In this document: in pieces, positions 1 through 9,357 of the stretch
Layout: each line of letters starts with the position of its first letter
Position numbering within the stretch: the first letter of the stretch is position 1
Sequence record: SRR31156797_201
DNA length: 64,000 nucleotides
Strand: one strand, 5' to 3'
Translations under genes and position numbers: made by a program
Notes under the pieces: generated by a model
Databases searched by the model: none
The model's input: the letters and a program-made list of their open reading frames with translations, nothing else
What the model was told of the DNA's origin: nothing

Positions 1-1
1 T

Positions 2-1459
2 TATGGTGAAAGAATGGAGAATACGAAGTTTCAGAAGCACAGTATAAATGCAAGAATTGGAATTAACTTGTCATATGATTGGAAATTGAATTTGAATGGG
101 TCCTTCTTTAAAGGAAATGATGTTGAAACTCCAGGTTCTTTTTGGCATGTATATGGTATGGATTCTAAAGATTTAGAACGATATACTGTTGGTTTTGATT
201 TAAAGGGGAAACAGGGAATTCACAACCTGACTTTTTCGCCATACTATTCTAGGCAAGAGGAGCAAAATTTTGATTTAGGAAACGATTCTTATGGAGATAC
301 GAAATATACTTTTAAGAATTACGGATTTCAATTAAACGATGCGATTTATTTAAACGATCATATTTTAGCAATTGGGATCGATAATAACACTCAAAAGTAT
401 GAGAGTTTAAATTATACTACAGAAGGAAGTCTGGAATCTCCATTTCAACCCGATTATAATAATATTGCTACAGGTTTGTACTCTCAATTTCAAATGAATT
501 TTTTTAATGGAAGACTGAATGCCTCAGTTGGTATGCGTGGAGACAACGTAAAGTTTAAAACCAAAGCAAACGAATTTTTAGGAAATGATTCCAGCTCAGA
601 AGACTATTGGGTGTTTACTAAAAATATTGGCGTGAAATATGATATTGTTGGTGGATTATCAGTTCACTCAAGTTGGGGTGATGCTTTTCTTGCACCGAGT
701 GCATTTCAAGTGGCAGGAGAGTATCAGACAGCATTTGGCAAAACGGTTGGGAAAGCAAGTTTAGATCCTGAAAAATCCAATACATGGGATTTTGGTTTCG
801 GTTATAAAAATTTCAAGAAAGGAATTAATTTTGATCTAACCTACTTTGATACACATCATACTGATAAAATTGTTAATGAGTATTTGGATAATGGTGATAA
901 AACATTCGCTAATGCAGATAAAGCGGATATGAATGGTCTTGAAATAGTCGCTTCATATGATTTTGGTGCTTTAACTGATTACGAATACTCCTTACGTTTT
1001 TATTTAAACTATACTCATATTTTTGATGCAATCGTTAAGACTAAACAGTTTGATGGTTCTTACTTAAAGTCCGAAATGACTTACGTTAGAGATAATAATG
1101 CATCTTTTGGAGTTGAATTTGATAACCTGAAAGGTTTCTCTACGCGCTTAAATGGAAGATATATTGGTCATCGTTATGAAGATAATTACATGTATGCTGC
1201 AGATTATTCAAATTGGCCAAATATTACACGAGCTCCAATAAACTATAAAGGAGAAAATGTAAGAACCGATTTAATTAATGAAGATGTATTGCGTCATCCT
1301 GTATATTACGTTTTTGATTATAGCGCAAATTATAAGATTAATGATCATTATGGTGTTGGGCTTACTGTTGCCAATTTGTTTGATGAAAATTATTCAGAAA
1401 AAGATGGTTACAATATGCCAGGAAGAACGGTAACAGCAAGATTTACATATAAATTCTAA
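2..1459 (+). CDS. TonB-dependent outer-membrane receptor, C-terminal beta-barrel part (5' end outside the window)
   Basis: Frame is open back to the window edge (TAT GGT GAA AGA ATG...). Contains LDPEKS, alternating aromatic beta-strands, VANLFDENY and C-terminal MPGRTVTARFTYKF, typical of TBDRs (BtuB/CirA-like). Confidence 0.9.
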   Translation, partial: YGERMENTKFQKHSINARIGINLSYDWKLNLNGSFFKGNDVETPGSFWHVYGMDSKDLERYTVGFDLKGKQGIHNLTFSPYYSRQEEQNFDLGNDSYGDTKYTFKNYGFQLNDAIYLNDHILAIGIDNNTQKYESLNYTTEGSLESPFQPDYNNIATGLYSQFQMNFFNGRLNASVGMRGDNVKFKTKANEFLGNDSSSEDYWVFTKNIGVKYDIVGGLSVHSSWGDAFLAPSAFQVAGEYQTAFGKTVGKASLDPEKSNTWDFGFGYKNFKKGINFDLTYFDTHHTDKIVNEYLDNGDKTFANADKADMNGLEIVASYDFGALTDYEYSLRFYLNYTHIFDAIVKTKQFDGSYLKSEMTYVRDNNASFGVEFDNLKGFSTRLNGRYIGHRYEDNYMYAADYSNWPNITRAPINYKGENVRTDLINEDVLRHPVYYVFDYSANYKINDHYGVGLTVANLFDENYSEKDGYNMPGRTVTARFTYKF

Positions 1460-1476
1460 AAAGAGAATACTTCTGG

Positions 1477-1508
1477 AAAAGGGCGTTTTATATGAATGCC
1501 CTTTTTTT
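1477..1508 (+). terminator. Intrinsic terminator after TBDR
   Basis: AAAAGGGCGTTT-loop-GAATGCCCTTTTTTT hairpin with U-tract. Confidence 0.8.
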
Positions 1509-1643
1509 ATTGTGTATTGTTAAGTGTATCAAAAAACATAAATAAATATGATATTAAATTTCACAAATGAATTTATTCTATATTCAGATCTTTTTTTTCT
1601 AATATTTTGATTTTGTGTATCTTGTATATAAAATAGGGAGGAT

Positions 1644-2447
1644 ATGAATAAAATAAACACATTTTATAAGGATAGATTCAATTCGTTTTTGGTTCATTTA
1701 TCGAAGGCTAAGGGATTGAAAGAAGAGGATGTTCACAAATTGCGAGTGGATATTAAAAATATTAGAAGTTTATTATTGTTAGTTGATGCATTCGAGATAG
1801 AAGGAGAAGTTGTTGGTAAAATTCTGAAGCAATTACAATCAATTTTTAAATATTCAGGACGTTTACGTTCAATTCAGGTGAGTAAATTGCTGGTTGAGAA
1901 CTGTAAGCTTAAAAATCAAAAAACAATAGTAAATGTTCTTGAAGAACAAAGAAGTAAATGTGAAGATGAATTAAGTAAGAGGCTTGGTAAATTTAAGATT
2001 ACCAAATTTCAAAAGAGAGTGGATGTTTTGAATGAATTTTTAGATAAGGTTGATATTAAGGATGCTAGAGAAAAAGCAGATAGAATAATTCGTGATGAAT
2101 TAGATCTAATTTATAAGTTATGGGCATCTTCACGAGGGGAGGAATATTATCATGATATTCGAAAGTTTTTCAAAATAATTAAATCCATTCTTCAGTTGCT
2201 TACCAATTTACTTGATGATGAAAAATTAAAAAGTGAATTGTCTATTGTAAATGAAACGGAAACGATTCTTGGCAATTGGCACGATCGAGATGTTTTGGAT
2301 AAAAAACTATCCAAAATGCAATCAACATCACCAAATGCAGAGTTTAAATCAATTGTTCGTGAAATAAAAAATAAAAATAGAACCGAAAAAAACAACTTAA
2401 GTAAAGAGTTTAAAAAGAAAATGTTAACTCATTTTCTCAAGCATTAA
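1644..2447 (+). CDS. CHAD-domain (polyphosphate-binding) protein
   Basis: Two H-x2-R-x3-K motifs (VHKLRVDIKNIR, YHDIRKFFK) and LGNWHDRDV; helical, Lys-rich. Confidence 0.85.
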   Translation: MNKINTFYKDRFNSFLVHLSKAKGLKEEDVHKLRVDIKNIRSLLLLVDAFEIEGEVVGKILKQLQSIFKYSGRLRSIQVSKLLVENCKLKNQKTIVNVLEEQRSKCEDELSKRLGKFKITKFQKRVDVLNEFLDKVDIKDAREKADRIIRDELDLIYKLWASSRGEEYYHDIRKFFKIIKSILQLLTNLLDDEKLKSELSIVNETETILGNWHDRDVLDKKLSKMQSTSPNAEFKSIVREIKNKNRTEKNNLSKEFKKKMLTHFLKH

Positions 2448-4843
2448 TCTTTGTTTTTTCGCTTAAAAATATTTTTGATTTTTTGATAAATTGATTTTCG
2501 TTCTTTCTTACGTTTTTCTCTCCGTTCTTTACGTTTCATCAATTTGTCATGATCTTTTGCTTTAACTCCAAAAATATTGTTTAATATTCCTGAATTTTCA
2601 GGCAGATAATGAGGAATATTTAGTTCCGCTAAAATTTCAGGTTCAGGTTTAGCTATTGATGAAAATCCATAGTTATTGTATTTACGATTGGAGCTAATTT
2701 TCTTCATGAATTTACCATAAATTGGTAAAGCCATACTCGCGCCTTGTCCAAGAGTAAGCGATCTAAAATGAATACGCATATCATCTGCACCAACCCATGC
2801 ACCTGCTACTAAATTGGAATTGTATCCAATATACCAACCATCTGCTTGTGAATTGGTAGTTCCTGTTTTTCCAGCCAAATCACCTTCTAACCTGTACACT
2901 TCTCGTAAAGATTTTCCTGTTCCTTCGTTTACTACAGCTTGAAGCATGTGATTAATAATATCAGCATTTTTAGGTGTTAATACATATCTGGGTTCTTCTT
3001 GCTTAGAATTTAAATCAACAATAACATTCCCTTTTTTATCTTCTATTTTGCTTAAATAATAGGGATCAACATGAAGACCTCTATTTGCAAGTGTTGCATA
3101 AACTTGTATCATTTCCAGTAAGGAAATATTAGCTGTACCTAATGCAAGTGATGGAACTTTTGGTAAATGACTATCAATTCCCATTTCTTCAGCCAAGACA
3201 ATGGCATCCCGAATTCCGGTTTCCAACAGAACATCAACTGCTATTGTATTTACTGATTCAGCCAATGCACCTTCCATACTATAGCTACCTTCATATAGAT
3301 TATCAGCATTTCTTGGAGACCAATTGTCATACTCTTTGTAAATCTTTCTTTCGTTTTTATAATAATCGAAAGGAGATGAACCTTCTTCCAAAGCCAATGC
3401 GTAAATAATGGGTTTGAAAACTGAACCAACTTGACGTTTGGCAGTTACATGATCGTATTTAAAATGAGAAAAATCAATGCCTCCAACCCATGCTTTTATT
3501 TTACCAGTTTTAGGTTCCATTGCTAAAAAACCAGTGTTTAAAAGCTGAACGTAATGCTTGATAGAGTCAAGAGGTGACATTTTCACTTGTTTTTCACCAT
3601 TCCAGGTGAAAATTTTCATATTTGTTTTTTTATTAAAATTCTGATTTATCTGTTTTTCTGTTTTCCCCTGTTTTTTAAGTTTTTTGTATCGAACAGATTT
3701 TTGTTTGGCATCACTGATTATATTTTTATTGTCATGCCAGGGATCGGTATTTCCCCAGTGCTTTTTAAAAAGAGATTGTAGTCGCTTTAAATGTTCAGAA
3801 ACAGATTGCTCAGCATAGTTCTGTAGACTATAATCCAACGTTGTTTTTATTCTTAAACCATCTCTATAGATATCATAAAAAGTACCATCATCTTTTGGAT
3901 AATCTTTTAATATTTTATTGACTTCTAATCTTATTTTTTCTCTTAAGTATGGAGCAATTCCACTTCTCGAGGATTGTTTATTGTATTTAATTACAAGTGG
4001 AAGTTTTTTTAATTGTTCAGCTCTGTTATCCGATATAAAATCGTATTTCGCCATTTGTGCAAGAACCGTGTTTCTTCTCTTTTTCGATCTCTCTGGATGC
4101 AAGCGGGGATTATATGACGTTGGTGCTTTCAACATTCCTATAAGAACGGCGCATTCATGTGTTTTTAATTCAGAGGCTGGTTTGCTGAAAAATTGACGTG
4201 AAGCACTTTCTATTCCAAATACATTCTCACCAAAAGATACGGTATTAAGATACAATTGTAGTATCTCTTTTTTTGAATAAATCTTTTCCAAACGTGAAGC
4301 GGTTATAGCTTCTCTCATTTTATTGACAGGCATGCTAAATGCACCGAGTTTCTTCCTTGGATAAAGATTTTTGGCTAATTGTTGACTCAAAGTACTACCA
4401 CCACCAGCACTTCTATCTCGCATGATTAAAGATTTAACCAAAACACGCAACAAGCTTTTTTGATCCACTCCCTGATGTTCATAAAAACGTGCATCTTCCG
4501 TTGCAATCAATGAGTTAATAACATTAGGCGATATATCTTTAAAATTTACATTGGTTCTGTTTTCAGCATAGACTCTCCCAAGTAAAATTCCATCTTCGGA
4601 GTATATTTCAGAAGCTTCAGAATTTTTGATGTTTTTCAGCGTATAATAATCTGGTAATTTACCCCATAACCCAATGTAAACGCTTGAAAATAAAAGACCA
4701 ATAGCTAAAATGACAAAAAATACGCCTAATAAGCTAACTTTTATTAGACTGCGACGAAAAGAGAACTTTTTTGATTTACGCTTATTACCACTCTTTTTCT
4801 TTGAGCGCGTATTTTTAGATGTTGATCTTTTTGTTTTAGACAT
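2444..4843 (-). CDS. mrcA: Class A penicillin-binding protein (PBP1A family transglycosylase/transpeptidase)
   Basis: N-terminal TM; GT51 motifs EDARFYEHQG and GGSTLSQQLAKNL; transpeptidase SVFK, SVN and KTGT. Confidence 0.92.
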   Translation of the reverse strand: MSKTKRSTSKNTRSKKKSGNKRKSKKFSFRRSLIKVSLLGVFFVILAIGLLFSSVYIGLWGKLPDYYTLKNIKNSEASEIYSEDGILLGRVYAENRTNVNFKDISPNVINSLIATEDARFYEHQGVDQKSLLRVLVKSLIMRDRSAGGGSTLSQQLAKNLYPRKKLGAFSMPVNKMREAITASRLEKIYSKKEILQLYLNTVSFGENVFGIESASRQFFSKPASELKTHECAVLIGMLKAPTSYNPRLHPERSKKRRNTVLAQMAKYDFISDNRAEQLKKLPLVIKYNKQSSRSGIAPYLREKIRLEVNKILKDYPKDDGTFYDIYRDGLRIKTTLDYSLQNYAEQSVSEHLKRLQSLFKKHWGNTDPWHDNKNIISDAKQKSVRYKKLKKQGKTEKQINQNFNKKTNMKIFTWNGEKQVKMSPLDSIKHYVQLLNTGFLAMEPKTGKIKAWVGGIDFSHFKYDHVTAKRQVGSVFKPIIYALALEEGSSPFDYYKNERKIYKEYDNWSPRNADNLYEGSYSMEGALAESVNTIAVDVLLETGIRDAIVLAEEMGIDSHLPKVPSLALGTANISLLEMIQVYATLANRGLHVDPYYLSKIEDKKGNVIVDLNSKQEEPRYVLTPKNADIINHMLQAVVNEGTGKSLREVYRLEGDLAGKTGTTNSQADGWYIGYNSNLVAGAWVGADDMRIHFRSLTLGQGASMALPIYGKFMKKISSNRKYNNYGFSSIAKPEPEILAELNIPHYLPENSGILNNIFGVKAKDHDKLMKRKERREKRKKERKSIYQKIKNIFKRKNKD

Positions 4844-5085
4844 TATATTTTTGAGTAATTCTGGTTTATTAAGTAGTAACGAAGAATTTTTATAAAGATT
4901 ATAGAGATTAACACAGATTATTTTCTCTTCAGGGAATAAAAATAGTTAATAAATATCATAATTGTAAGCATTTTATGTAACAGTATGAAAAGGATTTCGT
5001 AATTTACTGTTGACGAATGGTTTTATATTTAATGTAAATACAGTTTTTGTAAAGATTTAACTACTTTAAATTTACTTGGAGAGAT

Positions 5086-6222
5086 ATGAAAGTTGAAAGA
5101 ATAAGTATACAAAGGAAAGATGATTTTCAAGATATTAGAAATATTAAAATTATTCCTGACCTGCTAATTGTTTTCGGGGAAAGATCATTATTAACAGAAC
5201 TTAAGTTATTGAAAGAGATTAGATCAGCTTTTCCAGAGGTAATAATTTTTGGTTGTTCTTCAGCGGGTGAAATATCAGGTGTTGAGGTGAGTGATTCATC
5301 GGTATCTATAACTGCAATTAAATTTGATAATTCACATGTTGAACTTGAATCGGTCTCATTGGCGGATTATGAAGATGGTATAAAAGGTTGTGAATCACTA
5401 ATTAAAAGTTTGTCACCATGTAGTTTGAAACACGTAATGCTACTTTCCGATGGTATAAATATCAATGGAGCAAAGTTAGTTGAAGGAATTGAAGCGCATT
5501 TGCCTAATGATGTTAAAGTTACAGGTGGTTTGGCTGCAGATGGAACAGATTTTAAAGAAACAGTGGTTTTTGATAAAAATGGAAATCCTTCTAAAAACAG
5601 CATTGCTGCTTTAGGATTTTATGGAGATCAAATAACGATAGGATATGGTTCCAATGGAGGCTGGGATAGTTTTGGTCTTGAGCGTTTAGTTACAAAATCA
5701 AAAGATAATATATTGTTTGAGTTAGATGGTAAACCTGCTCTCGAGCTTTATAAATCATTTTTGGGAGAAAGGGCATCAGAATTGCCAGCTTCAGGATTAT
5801 TATTCCCTTTGAGTTTGAGAGAAAATGGTGTGTCTGAGCCTGTGGTAAGAACTATTTTGGGAATTAATGAGGAGGAACATTCTTTGATATTTGCAGGTGA
5901 TATTCCTGAAGGTTCGTATGTAAAGTTGATGAAAGCAAACGTTGATCGTTTAATAAGTGGAGCTGAAAGCTCTGCCATAACAACAACTGAAATGCTTCCT
6001 AAAGATGATGCAGAATTGGCTATATTAATAAGTTGTGTTGGTAGAAAGTTAGTACTAAAACAATTGATAGAAGAGGAAGTTGAGGCAGTTGCTGATGTAG
6101 TTGGAAAGCAGGTTAACATAACTGGATTTTACTCATATGGGGAAATTTCTCCGTTTAGATGCAATACACCATGTTTATTGCATAATCAGACGATGACAAT
6201 TACAACTATTTCTGAAAAATAA
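5086..6222 (+). CDS. FIST-N/FIST-C sensory protein (NosP-like)
   Basis: GCSSAGEI, GGLAADG, ELDGKPA, SCVGRK and GFYSYGEI...LHNQT motifs. Confidence 0.92.
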   Translation: MKVERISIQRKDDFQDIRNIKIIPDLLIVFGERSLLTELKLLKEIRSAFPEVIIFGCSSAGEISGVEVSDSSVSITAIKFDNSHVELESVSLADYEDGIKGCESLIKSLSPCSLKHVMLLSDGININGAKLVEGIEAHLPNDVKVTGGLAADGTDFKETVVFDKNGNPSKNSIAALGFYGDQITIGYGSNGGWDSFGLERLVTKSKDNILFELDGKPALELYKSFLGERASELPASGLLFPLSLRENGVSEPVVRTILGINEEEHSLIFAGDIPEGSYVKLMKANVDRLISGAESSAITTTEMLPKDDAELAILISCVGRKLVLKQLIEEEVEAVADVVGKQVNITGFYSYGEISPFRCNTPCLLHNQTMTITTISEK

Positions 6223-6226
6223 CTTT

Positions 6227-8374
6227 ATGCATCGATTATTGAAGAGACAAATTCGGAAGCATTTATCACAAGATGAACAGGAACGATTTAAAGATTTTCT
6301 GTTTGCCATTGATTCAGCTTATGCCGGTTTTGATACTGACATAAAGCAAATTGAAAATGTTTTAGAGAAGAGTTCCCAGGAATTGTTTAATGTAAATCGT
6401 GAACTGCAAATTAGTTTGGAATCTCAGAAAGAGGAAGCTAAAACTGCAAGTACCAGACTTAAATCTATAGTTGAGAACATTAGTGAAATAATTTTTCAGG
6501 CAAATGTAGAAGGTGAGTGGTTGTATCTAAATTCTGCGTGGACTCATATTACGGGATTTGATTTAAACGATAGTATTGGGATCAATATTTTTGAATTTAT
6601 GCATCCTTCTGACATTGATTTGTGTAAAATAAAATTAAAGAGATTGATCGATGGAGAAGAGGTTGATTGTCAGGGTGAAGTTCGATTTGTAACAAGAAAT
6701 GGAAGTTATAAATGGTGTGAACTTCTGGCTCGAGCATCAATTAACGATAGTGGAATAGTCACAGGTTTAACAGGTTTTATAAAAGATATTTCCACAAGAA
6801 AAGATCTTGAAAAAGAGAAGAACTTAACCATTGAGAAATTCAAGTTAATTTTTGAAAAATCATCAGTTGCTTATTTAATAATAAAAGAGGCACGATTTAT
6901 AGAATGCAATAATGCTTGTGCAAATTTATATGGTGTTGACGGGAAAGAAAATCTTGTTGGTAAATATGTAAAGGATTTTTCACCAGAATATCAACCTGAT
7001 GGTTCAAAATCATCAGGTAAAGCAGTCGAAATGATTCGTATCGCTAAAGAAAATGGTTATAATAAATTTGATTGGGTTCATAAAAAAGCTGATGGTACTG
7101 AGTTCCCTGTTGAAGTGAGTTTAAATCCAATTCAGTTAAGTGAGGGAAATATATTATTTGTTGCTTTGAATGATTTATCGGAGAGAAAAAGAGTGGAATC
7201 AGAACTTATTTTGGCCAAAGAAAAAGCCGAGGAAGCGACTAGGGCAAAAGCATTGTTTTTATCTACTATGTCCCATGAAATTAGAACTCCAATGAATGCC
7301 GTAATTGGTGTAACACACCTTTTATCAGAAGATAATCCCAGGGAAGATCAATTGAGTAATTTGAATATACTTAAGTTATCAGCGGATAATTTAATGACAT
7401 TGATTAACGACGTTTTAGATTTTAGTAAAATTGAAGCTGGTAAAGTAGAATTGGAAAGTATTGATTTTAATTTCCGGAATTTTATTAATAATGTGGCGGC
7501 AGGTTTTCACATGAAAGCGAAAGAGGAGAATTTAGATTTTATTGTGGAGGTTGACCCTAAAATTCCTGCTCATTTGATGGGTGATCCGACACGTTTATCC
7601 CAGATTGTTACAAATTTATGTGGAAACGCAATTAAGTTTACTGATGAAGGATCAGTGTCATTAAAAGTGAATTTTAGCAGCTTTAAGAATGACAATATTA
7701 AATTGCAATTTGAAATTTCTGATACAGGAATTGGTATACCTGCCGATAAAAAGGATCAAATATTTGAGTCATTTTCTCAGGCAGATTCTAATACAACACG
7801 TTTGTATGGTGGTACAGGCTTAGGATTGGCGATAACTGGTAAGTTGATTGAATTGATGAATGGAACCATTTCTGTTGAAAGTGAATTGGATAAAGGAACA
7901 TCTTTTTTTGTAGATGTAGAGTTGAAAACAAGCATGAAATCGGCACAACAGGTCAATTTTAATGATGATTACTTTAAGGAATGTTCTAAAATTGAAGGTT
8001 TGCACGTTTTGGTTGCAGAAGATAATCCAATGAATGTATTGATAATTAAACAATTTTTAAAGAAATGGAATGTTACTTATGAGGTTGCTAAAAATGGTCA
8101 ATCGGCATTAGATAAGATACAGGAAGAAGATTTTGATATGGTTTTAATGGATTTGCAAATGCCAATAATGGATGGTTATGCTGCTTCAGAAAATATAAGG
8201 AAACTAGAAGCAAATAAGTATAAGGAAATTCCAATTATTGCAGTAACAGCTTCAGCTTTTAATGAAATTAGAGGAAAAGTTCTTGCCGCAGGAATGAACG
8301 ATTTTGTAACAAAACCTATTAATCCTGAAGAGCTATTTTTGAAATTAGAGAAATATGCAAAACATTACAATTAA
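6227..8374 (+). CDS. Cytoplasmic hybrid histidine kinase (coiled coil-PAS-PAS-HisKA-HATPase-REC)
   Basis: SHEIRTPMNA H-box, NLCGNAIKFT, DTGIGI, GGTGLGL; REC with AED, LMD, TA and KP; starts 4 nt after the FIST gene. Confidence 0.93.
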   Translation: MHRLLKRQIRKHLSQDEQERFKDFLFAIDSAYAGFDTDIKQIENVLEKSSQELFNVNRELQISLESQKEEAKTASTRLKSIVENISEIIFQANVEGEWLYLNSAWTHITGFDLNDSIGINIFEFMHPSDIDLCKIKLKRLIDGEEVDCQGEVRFVTRNGSYKWCELLARASINDSGIVTGLTGFIKDISTRKDLEKEKNLTIEKFKLIFEKSSVAYLIIKEARFIECNNACANLYGVDGKENLVGKYVKDFSPEYQPDGSKSSGKAVEMIRIAKENGYNKFDWVHKKADGTEFPVEVSLNPIQLSEGNILFVALNDLSERKRVESELILAKEKAEEATRAKALFLSTMSHEIRTPMNAVIGVTHLLSEDNPREDQLSNLNILKLSADNLMTLINDVLDFSKIEAGKVELESIDFNFRNFINNVAAGFHMKAKEENLDFIVEVDPKIPAHLMGDPTRLSQIVTNLCGNAIKFTDEGSVSLKVNFSSFKNDNIKLQFEISDTGIGIPADKKDQIFESFSQADSNTTRLYGGTGLGLAITGKLIELMNGTISVESELDKGTSFFVDVELKTSMKSAQQVNFNDDYFKECSKIEGLHVLVAEDNPMNVLIIKQFLKKWNVTYEVAKNGQSALDKIQEEDFDMVLMDLQMPIMDGYAASENIRKLEANKYKEIPIIAVTASAFNEIRGKVLAAGMNDFVTKPINPEELFLKLEKYAKHYN

Positions 8375-9168
8375 ATTGTAATCCAGGAGTGCATTTTTAA
8401 TAATGGACAAAACTCATTTGAAGGAATTTGTTTGAGAAAAGGATAAGCAATTTCCGATAAATATAAACCTTGAGGATAAGCAAGATTAAGTGGCTTTGGT
8501 GGGATTTTATTTCCTAAGTATTGGTGAAATTCTTCAATGCTTATTTTATTTTCACCAACCTTTATCAATTCATGCATCAATATTCTTATCATTCCTTTTA
8601 GAAAACGGTTTCCTCGAATTTCAAAACGGAAAAATTTACCTGATTGATCTTTATAAAATTGTGCTTTTCTGATTTCACAATTGGTATGATTGTGTCTATC
8701 TGGGGTTTTGCAAAATGCACGAAAATCGTTATCTCCAATTAAAAGATTGGCAGCCATCTGCATTTTTTCGATATCAATTTCAATATTATAAAGAGAGCTT
8801 ATATCATTCAAAAAAGGATTTTTTTCGGTATGAATAAAGTAATTATAGGTTCTTTCACAAGCACTATGTTGTGCATGATTCCGGGAATCTACCTTAATAA
8901 TATCGTAAATAGCAATATCTGTAGGAAGCATTCGATTTATTGCAAACAGGAGTTGATTATCGATTTCTTTATCTACATCAATATGAAAATAGTATTGCGA
9001 TGAATGAACACCAGCATCGGTTCTGCCACATCCTTGGCAGTGTACCTTTTGTTTTAGAAAATTGGATAAAATATCTTCGATACTTTCCTGAACACTTTTG
9101 GCATTAATCTGTTTTTGCCAGCCTCGATATGAACTGCCTTTGTATGCCGCATGGAAAAAGTATCTCAT
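8371..9168 (-). CDS. truA: tRNA pseudouridine(38-40) synthase
   Basis: YKGSSYRGWQ, GRTDAGVH, RFLKGMIR and GLYL motifs. Confidence 0.93.
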   Translation of the reverse strand: MRYFFHAAYKGSSYRGWQKQINAKSVQESIEDILSNFLKQKVHCQGCGRTDAGVHSSQYYFHIDVDKEIDNQLLFAINRMLPTDIAIYDIIKVDSRNHAQHSACERTYNYFIHTEKNPFLNDISSLYNIEIDIEKMQMAANLLIGDNDFRAFCKTPDRHNHTNCEIRKAQFYKDQSGKFFRFEIRGNRFLKGMIRILMHELIKVGENKISIEEFHQYLGNKIPPKPLNLAYPQGLYLSEIAYPFLKQIPSNEFCPLLKMHSWITI

Positions 9169-9357
9169 TACAAATAGTATTGAATGGGTGAAGAATACAA
9201 AGTTAAAAAATCAAATGGTGGAAATTTTAATTCGATTAAATACTTTTTTGATTTAAGGAAATGTTTATAAATAGGTTCTACTGATTCTGAATTATCTAAG
9301 AATAAACTATATTAGGGCACAATTTTAAACAAGACAAACACCTTAATCAACAAACGA

